Positions 1 to 9,978 of a stretch of DNA of 49,727 nucleotides are shown one piece after another (position 1 is the stretch's first letter; each line of letters begins with the position of its first letter). Source of the stretch: Bacillota bacterium (lineage in GTDB: Bacteria > Bacillota > DULZ01); assembly GCA_041655595.1 (NCBI GenBank), contig JBBAFB010000003.1:1-49727 (forward strand), written 5' to 3'. The position numbers were made by a program, and so were the translations under genes. The notes under the pieces are model-generated. The model saw only the letters and a list, made by a program, of their open reading frames with translations, did not search any database and had not been told where the DNA came from.

Positions 1-428
1 CCAAAAAGCAAGCCAATCAAAATTAAAGGAAAAGCTGCATTTGAACCAATATTTGCCACCGGCACCAAGCTGTTGCGTAGGGCCAAAGGGTAGTAGCCCA
101 CATCATGCTGAATGGCATGACCGGTTTCGTGAGCAGCAATACCTAAGGCCGCAAGAGAGCTGCCATGGTAAATATCTTTAGACAACCTGAGTTTTTTACT
201 GCGGGGATCGTAATGATCTGTAAGTTTTCCCTGAATTAATTCTACTTGAACATCATCTATGCCGGCTTGCTGTAGCAGTTCCTTAGCAGCCATTGCCCCG
301 CTGATTCCGCTGGCCGACTGCACCTTTACATATTTAGCATAGGAGTTCTGCACTTTAAACTGGGCATATAAAGACAAAACTATAGCCGGAATTAAAAGTA
401 ACATTGTCCAATCATAAAAAAGTGGCAT
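1..428 (-). CDS. YugP-family putative zinc metallopeptidase (N-terminal part; 3' end runs off the window)
   Basis: Own translation from ATG at 426-428 (SD AGGAGG 7 nt upstream): MPLFYDWTMLLLIPAIV...IAAHETGHAIQH... It has an N-terminal TM helix and an HExxH zinc motif. It is absent from the ORF track because there is no stop inside the window. Confidence 0.75.
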   Translation of the reverse strand, partial: MPLFYDWTMLLLIPAIVLSLYAQFKVQNSYAKYVKVQSASGISGAMAAKELLQQAGIDDVQVELIQGKLTDHYDPRSKKLRLSKDIYHGSSLAALGIAAHETGHAIQHDVGYYPLALRNSLVPVANIGSNAAFPLILIGLLF

Positions 429-453
429 TATTATTCCTCCTTTCAAAATCAAA

Positions 454-1389
454 TTAAATCAGCTTTTCACCTGCTATCATGGGGTTGCCATTTAAAAATT
501 CCTTAGCGCTAAGCCGTTTTTTACCCTGTAGTTGTAATTCTTTTACTAAAACAGCCGTATCGTTTGCTGCCGCTACCAGAATACCTTCTTGAGAAGCCGC
601 AATTATTTCCCCCGGCTGAGCCTGACTCCCGTCCAAGTAAACTATTTCCCCATTCCAAATCTTAAGGTTTTTCCCTTTCCAAAAACTAAAAGCACCGGGC
701 CAGGGATCCATACCTCTAATCAAATTAACGATATTGAATGCACTAGTTCCCCAATTAATTTTCTCATCCGTTTTTGTTAACAGAGGTGCATAGCTGGCTT
801 TATTATGATCCTGGGCAATTCTGGGGGCCACCCCGGTGGCTAATAAATTAATAGTTTTTAGAAGAAGCTCCGCTCCCTTTTCGGCCAGTATATCATGAAG
901 TTCCCCCACAGTTGAAGCTGAATCAACCTTAGTTTTTGCTTGTAGAATAATATCGCCGGCATCAAGACTCTCCGAAACGTGCATCGTGGTAACCCCTGTT
1001 TCCGTTTCCCCTGCTAAAATAGCCCTGTGTATAGGTGCCCCACCTCGGTACTTGGGGAGTAAAGAAGCATGTACATTAATACAACCTAAGGGGGCTATTC
1101 CCAACAATTCCCCAGGAAGCAATTGGCCGTAAGCAACTACAACAAGCAATTCCGGTTTTAAGGCCGTAATTTCAGCAACTGCTGCAGGCTTCTTAATGCT
1201 CTCCGGCTGCAAAATATTTAATTCAAGAGCTAAGGCGGCTTTTTTTACCGGATTGTAGTTAATTTTCTTACCCCTGCCACTAGGGCGATCAGGCTGGGTG
1301 ACTACCCCCACCACCCGATGCCCAGCTCGGCAGACGGCTTTTAAACAGGGGACAGCAAAATCGGCAGTTCCCAGAAAAACCAGATCCAT
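454..1389 (-). CDS. fmt: methionyl-tRNA formyltransferase
   Basis: 311 aa. Typical Fmt N-terminus MDLVFLGTADFAVP and formyltransferase core (HASLLPKYRGGAPI). Conserved def-fmt pairing. Confidence 0.95.
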   Translation of the reverse strand: MDLVFLGTADFAVPCLKAVCRAGHRVVGVVTQPDRPSGRGKKINYNPVKKAALALELNILQPESIKKPAAVAEITALKPELLVVVAYGQLLPGELLGIAPLGCINVHASLLPKYRGGAPIHRAILAGETETGVTTMHVSESLDAGDIILQAKTKVDSASTVGELHDILAEKGAELLLKTINLLATGVAPRIAQDHNKASYAPLLTKTDEKINWGTSAFNIVNLIRGMDPWPGAFSFWKGKNLKIWNGEIVYLDGSQAQPGEIIAASQEGILVAAANDTAVLVKELQLQGKKRLSAKEFLNGNPMIAGEKLI

Positions 1390-1391
1390 TT

Positions 1392-1850
1392 TTAATCACC
1401 ACCCTGAACTTCGGCAACCAGCTTATCAATAAATAAAATGCCCTCAAGATGATCTATTTCATGCTGCAATGCTCTTGCCAAGAGCCCTTCCGCATCTATA
1501 ACAATATTATTCCCCGCTCGATCTAAGGCGGATACCTTGACGCTTGCAGCACGTTTTACTATTCCCTGCCTGCCGGGTACGCTTAAACAACCTTCTTGGT
1601 CCTCTTCCTCACCTTCAAATTGTTCGATCACAGGGTTTATCAACTCAATCAAGCCGTCCCCCACATCTACAATTATGACCCTCTTGGAGACTCCAATTTG
1701 TGGTGCCGCCAAGCCAACCCCGTCGGCATCATACATGGTATCCTCCATATTTCTTAAAAGTCTTTTTATGCTGTCATTAAAATTAACGACTTCTTTAGCC
1801 TTCGTTCGTAGAATATCGTCCCCAACCTCTAAAATTTTATAAACTGCCAC
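1392..1850 (-). CDS. def: peptide deformylase
   Basis: 152 aa with the three PDF motifs ([22 protein letters not shown]). Confidence 0.95.
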   Translation of the reverse strand: MAVYKILEVGDDILRTKAKEVVNFNDSIKRLLRNMEDTMYDADGVGLAAPQIGVSKRVIIVDVGDGLIELINPVIEQFEGEEEDQEGCLSVPGRQGIVKRAASVKVSALDRAGNNIVIDAEGLLARALQHEIDHLEGILFIDKLVAEVQGGD

Positions 1851-1862
1851 TGTAATCCCCCC

Positions 1863-4112
1863 TTAAAACATTCCTAAAGGATCTATATCCAAACTAAAAT
1901 ACACATTTCTGGGCAAATTTCTTTTTTGGGCCACCTCATTTAAAGCAATAGCAATTAAATACCTAATCTTTTTAATATCCGGACCTTTTAAATAAATTTG
2001 CCAGCGATAAATGTTGTTTATCTTTGCCACGGGAGACTGAGCGGGACCTAATAAAGCGACACCGAGGCTTTTTTGTTTAGGGAAAATAACTTCGGCAACC
2101 TCATGACAAACCCTTTCTACTTGCTCTTCCTCTTTACCGCTCACCAAAATTCTAGCTAAGTGGCTGTAGGGCGGGTATTTTAAAATTTGCCTAAACCTTA
2201 GCTCCTGCTCATAAAATTTTTTATAATTATGCTCCTTTGCCGCCCCAATAGTCCAATCTTCCGGGGAGTAGGCCTGAATAATTACTTCTCCCGGTAGTTG
2301 CCCCCTACCGGCCCTTCCCGCCACTTGTGTCAAAAGTTGAAATGTTCTTTCCCTAGCTCGAAAATCTGCAAAATTAAGCATTTGATCTGCCAAAACAACA
2401 CCCACCAAAGTAATGCCCGGAAAATCTAAACCTTTGGCAATCATCTGGGTTCCAACCATCACGTCAGCTTGGCCGTCCTCAAACAGTTTAAACAACCTTT
2501 TTTGCTCGCCCTTTTTATTAATTGTATCGCTATCAATTCTAATGATTCTAGCCTCAGGAAGCAACTTTTGAAGCTCATTTTCCACCTTTTCGGTACCTGC
2601 ACCGAGATGCCTAACCCGATTCCCTCCGCAAGCGGGACAATCGGTGGGAGGCTTTTCATGGTAACCGCAATAATTGCACTTTAGCTGATCCTTATTTGCA
2701 TAGTAAACCATGGAAACATCACAGTTTTTGCATTTAATCACATGCCCACAATCCCGGCAATGGTAAAAGTTAGCATAACCTCTCCTATTTAGAAATAAAA
2801 TACTTTGCTGCCCTTTTTCCAGCCTATCTCTAAGTTTGTCTTGTAGCAAACTGCTGAATAAACCGTCATTACCGGTTCGCAACTCTTGTCTCAAATCAAC
2901 CACCGACACCTTGGGAAGCCCCTGTTGTTCTACCCGATTGACCATCCGAACTAATTGAAACTTACCGCCCTTAGCCTTGTAGTAGCTCTCCAAAGAAGGA
3001 GTAGCACTACCTAAAATTACGGTAGCTTTATTTAAAAAACCTCTCACAATAGCTACTTCCCTAGCGTGGTATTTGGGGGTCGCGTCCTGCTGGTAACTGG
3101 TTTCGTGCTCTTCATCCAAAATAATTAAACCCAACTTGGGTACAGGTGCGAAAACCGCCGATCTGGCCCCTATAATCACGGAAACCCGGCCCTGGCTTAT
3201 CTGCTTAAGGGTTTCATGCCTTTCTTTGAGCGTTAAACCACTATGAATAACAGCCACTTGAGAGCCAAATCTATTTTTAAAACGCTCAATTAAGTGAATG
3301 GTTAGAGAAATTTCCGGAAAGAGCATTATCGCCTGGTAACCTGCTTCGATAGTTTGGGCTATACTTCGAAAATAAATCTCTGTTTTCCCGCTACCTGTAA
3401 CTCCATGTAACAAAAAAGTTTGGTAATTATCCGACAACAAATTTCGTTGAATAAGTGAAAAGGCCCTTGTTTGCTCTGCTGTTAAAATATAGGGCTTTTC
3501 TAACTCCCGGGATATATTTTCATGGGGGAATTCCTCCTGAAAATCTAAATCTAGAATACCTTTTTCAACTAATGATGTTAAGCTTTTTCGGCTGGCCTTT
3601 AGCTCTTTTAATATTTGTCTAACCGGCAGAGAGCCCTTTAGTTGCAGCGCATCGACAATCTGTCCTTGTTTAGGAGCCCTTCTGCGAACTTTTACCAGTT
3701 CTTCTTCTGTAATTGACGGCACCAATGAAACCCATTCATTCATGGGGGTATGGTAGCTACCTTTTGGAAAAAAACTTTGCAAGACCGCTACTAAAGGACA
3801 CATATAGTATGTTGCCATCCAGCGTGCCAACCGCAAAAGCTCATCTGTAATTTTGACAACCCCTTCTACTACTTCCAAGATGGGTTTTATTTCGGCCACA
3901 GAGGGGTTAGCGGTTAAGCCGATCACATAACCCTCTATTTTCCTTGCCCCGAAGGGAACCAACACACGGACTCCGGGGCCGATTTTTTCAATTAAATGTT
4001 CCGGGATAGAATAGTGAAAAGGCCGATCAACCTTGCGATCAGCTATATCCACAACCACCTCGGCAAACTTTACCAACTCCTTCATCTTCTCATGATCCTC
4101 TCCAAAATTCAT
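1863..4112 (-). CDS. priA: primosomal replication protein N' (PriA helicase)
   Basis: 749 aa. Walker A GVTGSGKT, DEEH box, Cys-rich zinc-binding insert (CRDCGH...CKNC...CNYCG...CPACG). Sits upstream of def-fmt as in other Firmicutes. Confidence 0.95.
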   Translation of the reverse strand: MNFGEDHEKMKELVKFAEVVVDIADRKVDRPFHYSIPEHLIEKIGPGVRVLVPFGARKIEGYVIGLTANPSVAEIKPILEVVEGVVKITDELLRLARWMATYYMCPLVAVLQSFFPKGSYHTPMNEWVSLVPSITEEELVKVRRRAPKQGQIVDALQLKGSLPVRQILKELKASRKSLTSLVEKGILDLDFQEEFPHENISRELEKPYILTAEQTRAFSLIQRNLLSDNYQTFLLHGVTGSGKTEIYFRSIAQTIEAGYQAIMLFPEISLTIHLIERFKNRFGSQVAVIHSGLTLKERHETLKQISQGRVSVIIGARSAVFAPVPKLGLIILDEEHETSYQQDATPKYHAREVAIVRGFLNKATVILGSATPSLESYYKAKGGKFQLVRMVNRVEQQGLPKVSVVDLRQELRTGNDGLFSSLLQDKLRDRLEKGQQSILFLNRRGYANFYHCRDCGHVIKCKNCDVSMVYYANKDQLKCNYCGYHEKPPTDCPACGGNRVRHLGAGTEKVENELQKLLPEARIIRIDSDTINKKGEQKRLFKLFEDGQADVMVGTQMIAKGLDFPGITLVGVVLADQMLNFADFRARERTFQLLTQVAGRAGRGQLPGEVIIQAYSPEDWTIGAAKEHNYKKFYEQELRFRQILKYPPYSHLARILVSGKEEEQVERVCHEVAEVIFPKQKSLGVALLGPAQSPVAKINNIYRWQIYLKGPDIKKIRYLIAIALNEVAQKRNLPRNVYFSLDIDPLGMF

Positions 4113-4151
4113 TATGTGTGAAAATGCAGGAGCAAATAGTCTTTTAATAGC

Positions 4152-4793
4152 TTATGCCAATAAAGCAGCTATCAGTCCAACTAAAAAAATCCCATCAAAG
4201 ACTCCAGCTCCCCCAATGCTGATCACGGCTGCCCCAATTCTCGCAAACTTAGGTATATTTAACAGATCCGCCCCAATTAGCGTCCCCCAAACCCCGGCAA
4301 TATAGGCCACCGGTGCCGCCGCATTACCTGCTAGTATTAAAGCGGTGATGGCGGCTACTATTGGTGGTATAAAGGCCGGCAATCTAATACCAACCCCTGG
4401 AACAATCTTCGCCAGGGATTTTGCAACAATAGCGACAATAGCTACAGCTAGAAATGTCTGTTCAAGGGGAACCTTGTCCAATAGGGAAAGACTAAACAAA
4501 ATTGGTATTACAGCTCCGCCTAAATTTATAGAAATCACTTGTTCCTTTACCCTAGGAGGGTAATAAAAAATATAGTTGTTTACCGGCCTTGGATTTTCCT
4601 CATCCAACAAAAGGCGCCTCCTTGAAATGGGAATATTAACTATACTGCCCCAAAGACTTAGGCCCAATAATAAAACAGCGCCTAGTGGAGAAAGGCCCAA
4701 TTTCGTGAAAGAAAAAGCCGCCACTTGAAAAAACAATAAAGCAAGTAGGACAGGCAGAAACATGATAGCAAGAATAATCCACAAGATAGGCAT
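4152..4793 (-). CDS. polytopic membrane protein, DUF1614-like
   Basis: 213 aa, highly hydrophobic, several predicted TM helices. Family assignment is from memory of DUF1614-type sequences only. Confidence 0.5.
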   Translation of the reverse strand: MPILWIILAIMFLPVLLALLFFQVAAFSFTKLGLSPLGAVLLLGLSLWGSIVNIPISRRRLLLDEENPRPVNNYIFYYPPRVKEQVISINLGGAVIPILFSLSLLDKVPLEQTFLAVAIVAIVAKSLAKIVPGVGIRLPAFIPPIVAAITALILAGNAAAPVAYIAGVWGTLIGADLLNIPKFARIGAAVISIGGAGVFDGIFLVGLIAALLA

Positions 4794-4837
4794 TTAATCA
4801 CCTTCTTTCCGGGTGTCTAAAAGGCCCGATTCCGGCA

Positions 4838-6070
4838 CTAGTTTTCATCTTTAATTTCCATATAACGATCCCTGGCTAAATTATTGTAGTAACTAATGCC
4901 ATCGTTACGCCTGATAGCGGCATAAAAATGTTTCAATGCTTCCATTTTCTCACCTTTACGATAAAACAATTCACCTAAAACGATGCAAAGTTGTTGCTCA
5001 TGTGAGGGGGTCAAACCTGCTAAATTAGTTTTATAATAGACTTGATGATAATAATTAAATGCCTTATTCCATGCATATTCATACATTTTCTCGTCTTGAA
5101 CATCCTTGTATAACCAAGACAATGATATATATAATTTCGCCATTGTCAAAGGCGCATTATCAATTTTCTCGAAATATAAAGCTAAATAATAACCTAGGAA
5201 AACCTTATTAATACTTAAAGTTTGATCGGCCGGCAATGAAATTTTATCTACCAATTGCAATGCCTGGTCCCTATAGGGCTTCAATCCTTTATTACTTAAA
5301 TTGTGTGTTTTGTCAAAATCGGCATGATATTTGGCGAAAAAACAATGAGGACAGATGCGAACCGCATACCATAAGGGATCAAAATCCTTAAAAACCTCCC
5401 GTAAATCATTTTCTCTTTTTACCAAGCGCAGTTTAGTCATTCTGGGAATGATAGCAGTAAAGCTATTTCCACAAATGGGGCAGTCAACTTTTTTCTCATA
5501 GTAGAAATTTTTATCCGTTTCCCTCGCTATTAGCTGATAACTGCCGTGGCCCGACGGTAGGATTTCTCCCCCCTCAACTAATATTTCTTCACTTTTTATT
5601 AAAGCTTCCTTTTCTGCTTCCTCGTATTTTTCCACCCGCGTTCCTTGAGGAAAAACCGCCTTTAGTATCGCTGTTTCAATGCTTGGCTCTTTTTGGCCAA
5701 CCTTGCTCCGGTAACTTTCTAGTGTTCTGATTCTCCTGCCCATGGAAGCTAAAATTTTAGCCGCTAAGTCCGGCCTTAATTTTAAAAGCCGATCGCTATT
5801 TTCTAAGGGAATTATCAACGCAATCACAGGGCTTTCAGCTTTTGCCGTAAAATCCAAGGCCTGTTCATCTAAAATCCCCAACTCGCCGAAAAAATCTCCG
5901 GCTGTCAACAAGCTTAATTGCTCCTTGTTTGCATGCTCGTCCCAATAGATACCTGCTTGTCCCGACAAAAGAATAAACATTTGCCCCGCCGTTTCGCCCT
6001 TAATACAAATTAAATCTCCTGATTTAAATTTTTTAATTTTTCCTAATTCCGTTAGTTGCTCAATACTCAT
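4838..6070 (-). CDS. cyclic-nucleotide-binding domain protein fused to a DUF2225-like zinc-ribbon/TPR module
   Basis: 410 aa. The N-terminal ~130 aa look like a cNMP-binding beta-barrel (GDFFGELGIL). The middle has CPICG...CPHC zinc-ribbon spacing. The C-terminus is helical-repeat-like. Confidence 0.6.
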   Translation of the reverse strand: MSIEQLTELGKIKKFKSGDLICIKGETAGQMFILLSGQAGIYWDEHANKEQLSLLTAGDFFGELGILDEQALDFTAKAESPVIALIIPLENSDRLLKLRPDLAAKILASMGRRIRTLESYRSKVGQKEPSIETAILKAVFPQGTRVEKYEEAEKEALIKSEEILVEGGEILPSGHGSYQLIARETDKNFYYEKKVDCPICGNSFTAIIPRMTKLRLVKRENDLREVFKDFDPLWYAVRICPHCFFAKYHADFDKTHNLSNKGLKPYRDQALQLVDKISLPADQTLSINKVFLGYYLALYFEKIDNAPLTMAKLYISLSWLYKDVQDEKMYEYAWNKAFNYYHQVYYKTNLAGLTPSHEQQLCIVLGELFYRKGEKMEALKHFYAAIRRNDGISYYNNLARDRYMEIKDEN

Positions 6071-6114
6071 ATTTTTTGGGCTCCTCCATCTGTCCTTAGC
6101 GTTAAAAAACTCGA

Positions 6115-7425
6115 TTAAAATTTATCAACCAATAATTGTTCCAAAGTTGGTTCCCCTATTTCTTGCAACTCATAATGAACTCTAACAGAAGGCTTATCAA
6201 TCTTTATTACCCTTCTCAAGTCAATTGGTGTTCCGATAACTACCACATCTGCATCAATTTTAGCAACTGTTTCTTCCAATTCCCTCAGTTGCACTTTACC
6301 GTAACCCATTGCCGGCAGCACGTAGCTTAAATGTCCGTATTTTTGAAAGGTTTCCTTGATACTGCCTATTGCAAAGGGTCTGGGATCTACCAATTCCTTC
6401 GCACCGTATTTTTCCGCCCCGATAGCACCGGCCCCATAAACCATGTTACCGTGGGTTAAAGTCGGGCCGTCTTCTATCACTAAAACTCTGGCGTTATTGA
6501 TTATCGAGCTATTATCAATATAAATAGGCGAGGCAGCCTCAACAATGATTGCCTCGGGATTGTATTTTCTGATGTTCCTTCTCACCACTTGCACGTTTTC
6601 CGGACTGCTTGTTTCGATTTTATTTATAATTACTATATCAGCCAACATTAAATTTGTAGTGCCCGGGTGATAAGAAATCTCATCCCCCGGCCGATGAGGG
6701 TCTACTAAAGTTATCTGCAAATCAGGCTTGTAAAAAGGAATGTCATTGTTGCCGCCATCCCAAAGAATGATATCCGCTTCTTTTTCCGCTTCTTTCAATA
6801 TCAACTGATAGTCTACACCTGCGTAGACCACAAAACCATTATCGAGGTGAGGTTCATATTCCTCCCTTTCTTCTATGGTACATTGCTGCTTATCTAAATC
6901 TTCATAGGAGGCAAAACGCTGACAAGCTTGCTGAGCCAAATCCCCATAGGGCATGGGATGTCTAATAATTACAACCTTTTTACCTTTACTTTTAAGTATA
7001 TGGGCTACCTTTCTGGTAGTTTGACTTTTACCGACTCCTGTCCTGACGGCGCAAACTGCCAGAACGGGCACCTTGCTTTTCAACATGGTAGTTTTAGGGC
7101 CCATCAAATGAAAATCTGCTCCGCAAGCCATGACCCTCGCAGCTTTCTCCATAATGGCCTGGTGAGAAATATCACTGTATGCAAAAATCACCTGATCTAT
7201 TTGTAATCTCTCAATTAAACTTTCCAACTCGTTTTCCTCATAAATTGGAATACCGTCCGGATATGCCCTGCCAGCCAAACCAGCCGGGTAGTTTCGACCG
7301 TGAATATCCGGTATTTGAGTAGCAGTAAAAGCAACCACCTCATAATTATCATTATCCCTAAAATAGGTATTAAAATTATGAAAATCCCGACCTGCTGCCC
7401 CCATAATCAATACTTTCTGTTTCAT
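6115..7425 (-). CDS. COG2403-type P-loop GTPase (cyclic 2,3-diphosphoglycerate synthetase-like family)
   Basis: 436 aa. N-terminal Rossmann-like MGAAGRDFHNF and an internal P-loop GVGKSQTT. Family-level call only. Confidence 0.55.
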   Translation of the reverse strand: MKQKVLIMGAAGRDFHNFNTYFRDNDNYEVVAFTATQIPDIHGRNYPAGLAGRAYPDGIPIYEENELESLIERLQIDQVIFAYSDISHQAIMEKAARVMACGADFHLMGPKTTMLKSKVPVLAVCAVRTGVGKSQTTRKVAHILKSKGKKVVIIRHPMPYGDLAQQACQRFASYEDLDKQQCTIEEREEYEPHLDNGFVVYAGVDYQLILKEAEKEADIILWDGGNNDIPFYKPDLQITLVDPHRPGDEISYHPGTTNLMLADIVIINKIETSSPENVQVVRRNIRKYNPEAIIVEAASPIYIDNSSIINNARVLVIEDGPTLTHGNMVYGAGAIGAEKYGAKELVDPRPFAIGSIKETFQKYGHLSYVLPAMGYGKVQLRELEETVAKIDADVVVIGTPIDLRRVIKIDKPSVRVHYELQEIGEPTLEQLLVDKF

Positions 7426-7512
7426 TAATAGATTCGCCTCCGTTATTAATTCTATGATTATTCATCTTTCTTCCATTAGCTCATTTTATCATAACTGATA
7501 GGATTTAGGAAA

Positions 7513-7539
7513 TAAAAAAAGGTAGCCCCAGGCTACCTT
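7513..7539 (-). terminator. rho-independent terminator after the MetH-like gene
   Basis: Minus strand reads AAGGTAGCC-TGGG-GCTACCTT followed by TTTTTTTATTT. The stem overlaps the TAG stop (7533-7535). Confidence 0.85.
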
Positions 7540-9944
7540 AATTGATTTCTTGCAAACAAGCTTTTTACCAAATCTACCCCCCGAATGGCATCAGGGGCAT
7601 AGCCATCTGCCCCAATTTGTTCGGCATATTGCTGGTTTACGGCAGCACCGCCTACAATCACACTAAAATCCAAGTCACCTTGGGCAATCTTTTTAATCAG
7701 CTCCTCCATGTGGGGCATGGTAGTAGTCATTAAAGCGCTTAAAGCAATCACTTGTGCTTCGGCCGCTTTTGCCTCTTTAATAATTACTTCATTGTCTACA
7801 TTTCTACCCAAATCAATAACATTATAACCATGATTTTTTAATAATACAGCAAAAATGTTTTTACCTATATCGTGAATATCCCCTTTAACAGTTGCCAATA
7901 CAATTGTTCCCAGGCTTTCAACAGGGCTTTTCTCCATTTCCGGTTTTAAATATTGAAAAGCAGCTGTCATTGTATCACTGGAGGCAATTAACTGAGGCAA
8001 AAAATAAACCCCCTCGCCAAAAAGCTTGCCCACCTCTTCTATCCCGGGAATAAGGGCTTGGTTAAAAATTTCAAAAGGGGTCAACGAAGAATTAAGCGCT
8101 TCTTTTAGCAGCTGAGTAATATTTTCCGAATCACCCAGTAGAACCCCCTGCTGTAGCCTGTCAATAATTGTTAAAGCTTTTTTGTCTTCTGGTTTTTCAA
8201 TTTTGGGCTCACCTTTTTTTTGACTGTCGATATAATGGGCACCTTGGCTGTCTCTGTTTGTTAACACATTGGCCGCTGCATAAATATCCATCATTTTTTG
8301 ATCTAAAGGGTTTATAATGGCCGCATCCAATCCATAGGCTAAAGCCATGGCGTAAAAAGCTTTATTAACTAATGGCCTGTTTGGTAGGCCGAAGGAAACA
8401 TTGCTAACACCTAGGCTGGTAGGTATACCCAGCTCTTCCCTGACCATGGTTAAGGATTTCAAAGTCTCCTTACTGCCTTCGGGCTGAGCACTGGCAGTGA
8501 GCACCAAACAATCGGCTACGAGCTCATTTTTAGGAATGCCATATTCCTCAGCCTTTTTTGCAATCTGGCCGATGATAAGTAGCCTTTCTTCTGCGGTCTC
8601 GGGGAGTCCTCTTTCATCTAAGGCTAGGGCCAAAACAGCCGCCCCATATTTTTTCGCCAATGGCAAGATATTGTCGAGGCTTTCCTCCTCCCCGTTTACC
8701 GAGTTAATTATAGCCTTACCACAGTAGCTTTTAAGAGCCCTCTCTACCACCTTGGGGTTTGTACTGTCAATCATCAGCGGGACATCTACAATGCTTTGAA
8801 TAACAGGTATAATTTTTTCCATGGAGGAGCTTTCATCTGTACCCGGGACACCTAGGTTAACATCCAAAATATGGGCTCCGGCCTCCACTTGTTCAATAGC
8901 TTCCCGACGAATTATTTCGGTTTTGCCTTCTCTTATTTCTTGAGACAAAGCTTTTTTCCCGGTAGGGTTAATTCTTTCCCCGATGATAATGGGCATTTTT
9001 GTAGTGGAAATTGTTACTGTTTTAGAACGGCTAGCCACTCTCAAGCCAAAATCCTGAGCACGCAACTGAGGCCGGTGCTTACTTGCCATTTCGCTGATTA
9101 ATTTAGTGTGGGCCGGAGTGCTGCCGCAACAAGAACCAACCAATCCAACACCGGCCAAAATATATTTTTCTATATTTTCGGCCATTATCTCGGGTGTTTC
9201 TTTAAAGATCGTTTTCCCCTCATGTATTTCCGGTAACCCTGCATTCGGTGAAATTAAAATAGGCAAGTTAGTGGCATCCACCAATTTTTTGGCTATTGGC
9301 AATAGCCCTTCGGACCCTAGGGAACAATTTGCCCCGAAGGCCGTGATACCAAGCCTTTCTGCCACTACTGCTGCCGTTAATGGGTCTGTTCCTGTAAAAG
9401 TACGGCCGTTGGCCTCAAAGGTCATGGTGGCCAACACCGGACCTGAAAAGTTTTCCACTGCCGCTAAAATTGCCGCCCTTAGCTCACTTAATTCCCCTAT
9501 GGTCTCGATGATTACTAAATCTGCCCCTGCAATTTCAAAGGCGTTAGCCTGCAGGGCAAATTGCTCATAGGCCTCATCAAAGGATAACTCACCGAGGGGT
9601 TCAATAAATTTACCTAAAGGCCCCATGGAGCCTGCTACAAATTTATTCTCACCCCGAAAGGACTTCCTGGCTAATTGGATGGCTCTTAAATTGATCTCTT
9701 TTGTTTGTTTCTCTAAACCATATTCTTTTAACTTTAGCGGAATAGCCCCAAAAGTGTTGGCAGTAGCAATATCGGCTCCCGCCAACAAATAATCACGATG
9801 AATTTGAGCCACGATTTCGGGGTTGGTCAAATTATAGGACTCAGGGCAAGCACCCGCCGGCAACCCCCTTGCTTGTAGCAAGGTACCCATTGCCCCATCC
9901 ACCACTATTATTTTAGACGCCAAGAACTGCAAAAAACTGTTCAT
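7533..9944 (-). CDS. metH: cobalamin-dependent methionine synthase-like protein (Hcy-binding + pterin-binding + B12-binding modules, no C-terminal AdoMet reactivation domain)
   Basis: 803 aa. Homocysteine S-methyltransferase N-terminus (GANC...GSCCGSTP zinc Cys), pterin-binding barrel, then a B12 cap and Rossmann domain with GDIHDIGKN ... SALMTTT ... VGGAAV. Confidence 0.85.
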   Translation of the reverse strand: MNSFLQFLASKIIVVDGAMGTLLQARGLPAGACPESYNLTNPEIVAQIHRDYLLAGADIATANTFGAIPLKLKEYGLEKQTKEINLRAIQLARKSFRGENKFVAGSMGPLGKFIEPLGELSFDEAYEQFALQANAFEIAGADLVIIETIGELSELRAAILAAVENFSGPVLATMTFEANGRTFTGTDPLTAAVVAERLGITAFGANCSLGSEGLLPIAKKLVDATNLPILISPNAGLPEIHEGKTIFKETPEIMAENIEKYILAGVGLVGSCCGSTPAHTKLISEMASKHRPQLRAQDFGLRVASRSKTVTISTTKMPIIIGERINPTGKKALSQEIREGKTEIIRREAIEQVEAGAHILDVNLGVPGTDESSSMEKIIPVIQSIVDVPLMIDSTNPKVVERALKSYCGKAIINSVNGEEESLDNILPLAKKYGAAVLALALDERGLPETAEERLLIIGQIAKKAEEYGIPKNELVADCLVLTASAQPEGSKETLKSLTMVREELGIPTSLGVSNVSFGLPNRPLVNKAFYAMALAYGLDAAIINPLDQKMMDIYAAANVLTNRDSQGAHYIDSQKKGEPKIEKPEDKKALTIIDRLQQGVLLGDSENITQLLKEALNSSLTPFEIFNQALIPGIEEVGKLFGEGVYFLPQLIASSDTMTAAFQYLKPEMEKSPVESLGTIVLATVKGDIHDIGKNIFAVLLKNHGYNVIDLGRNVDNEVIIKEAKAAEAQVIALSALMTTTMPHMEELIKKIAQGDLDFSVIVGGAAVNQQYAEQIGADGYAPDAIRGVDLVKSLFARNQLR

Positions 9945-9978
9945 TTTCTCCCTGCTTTCCTTAATATTTTATATTTAG

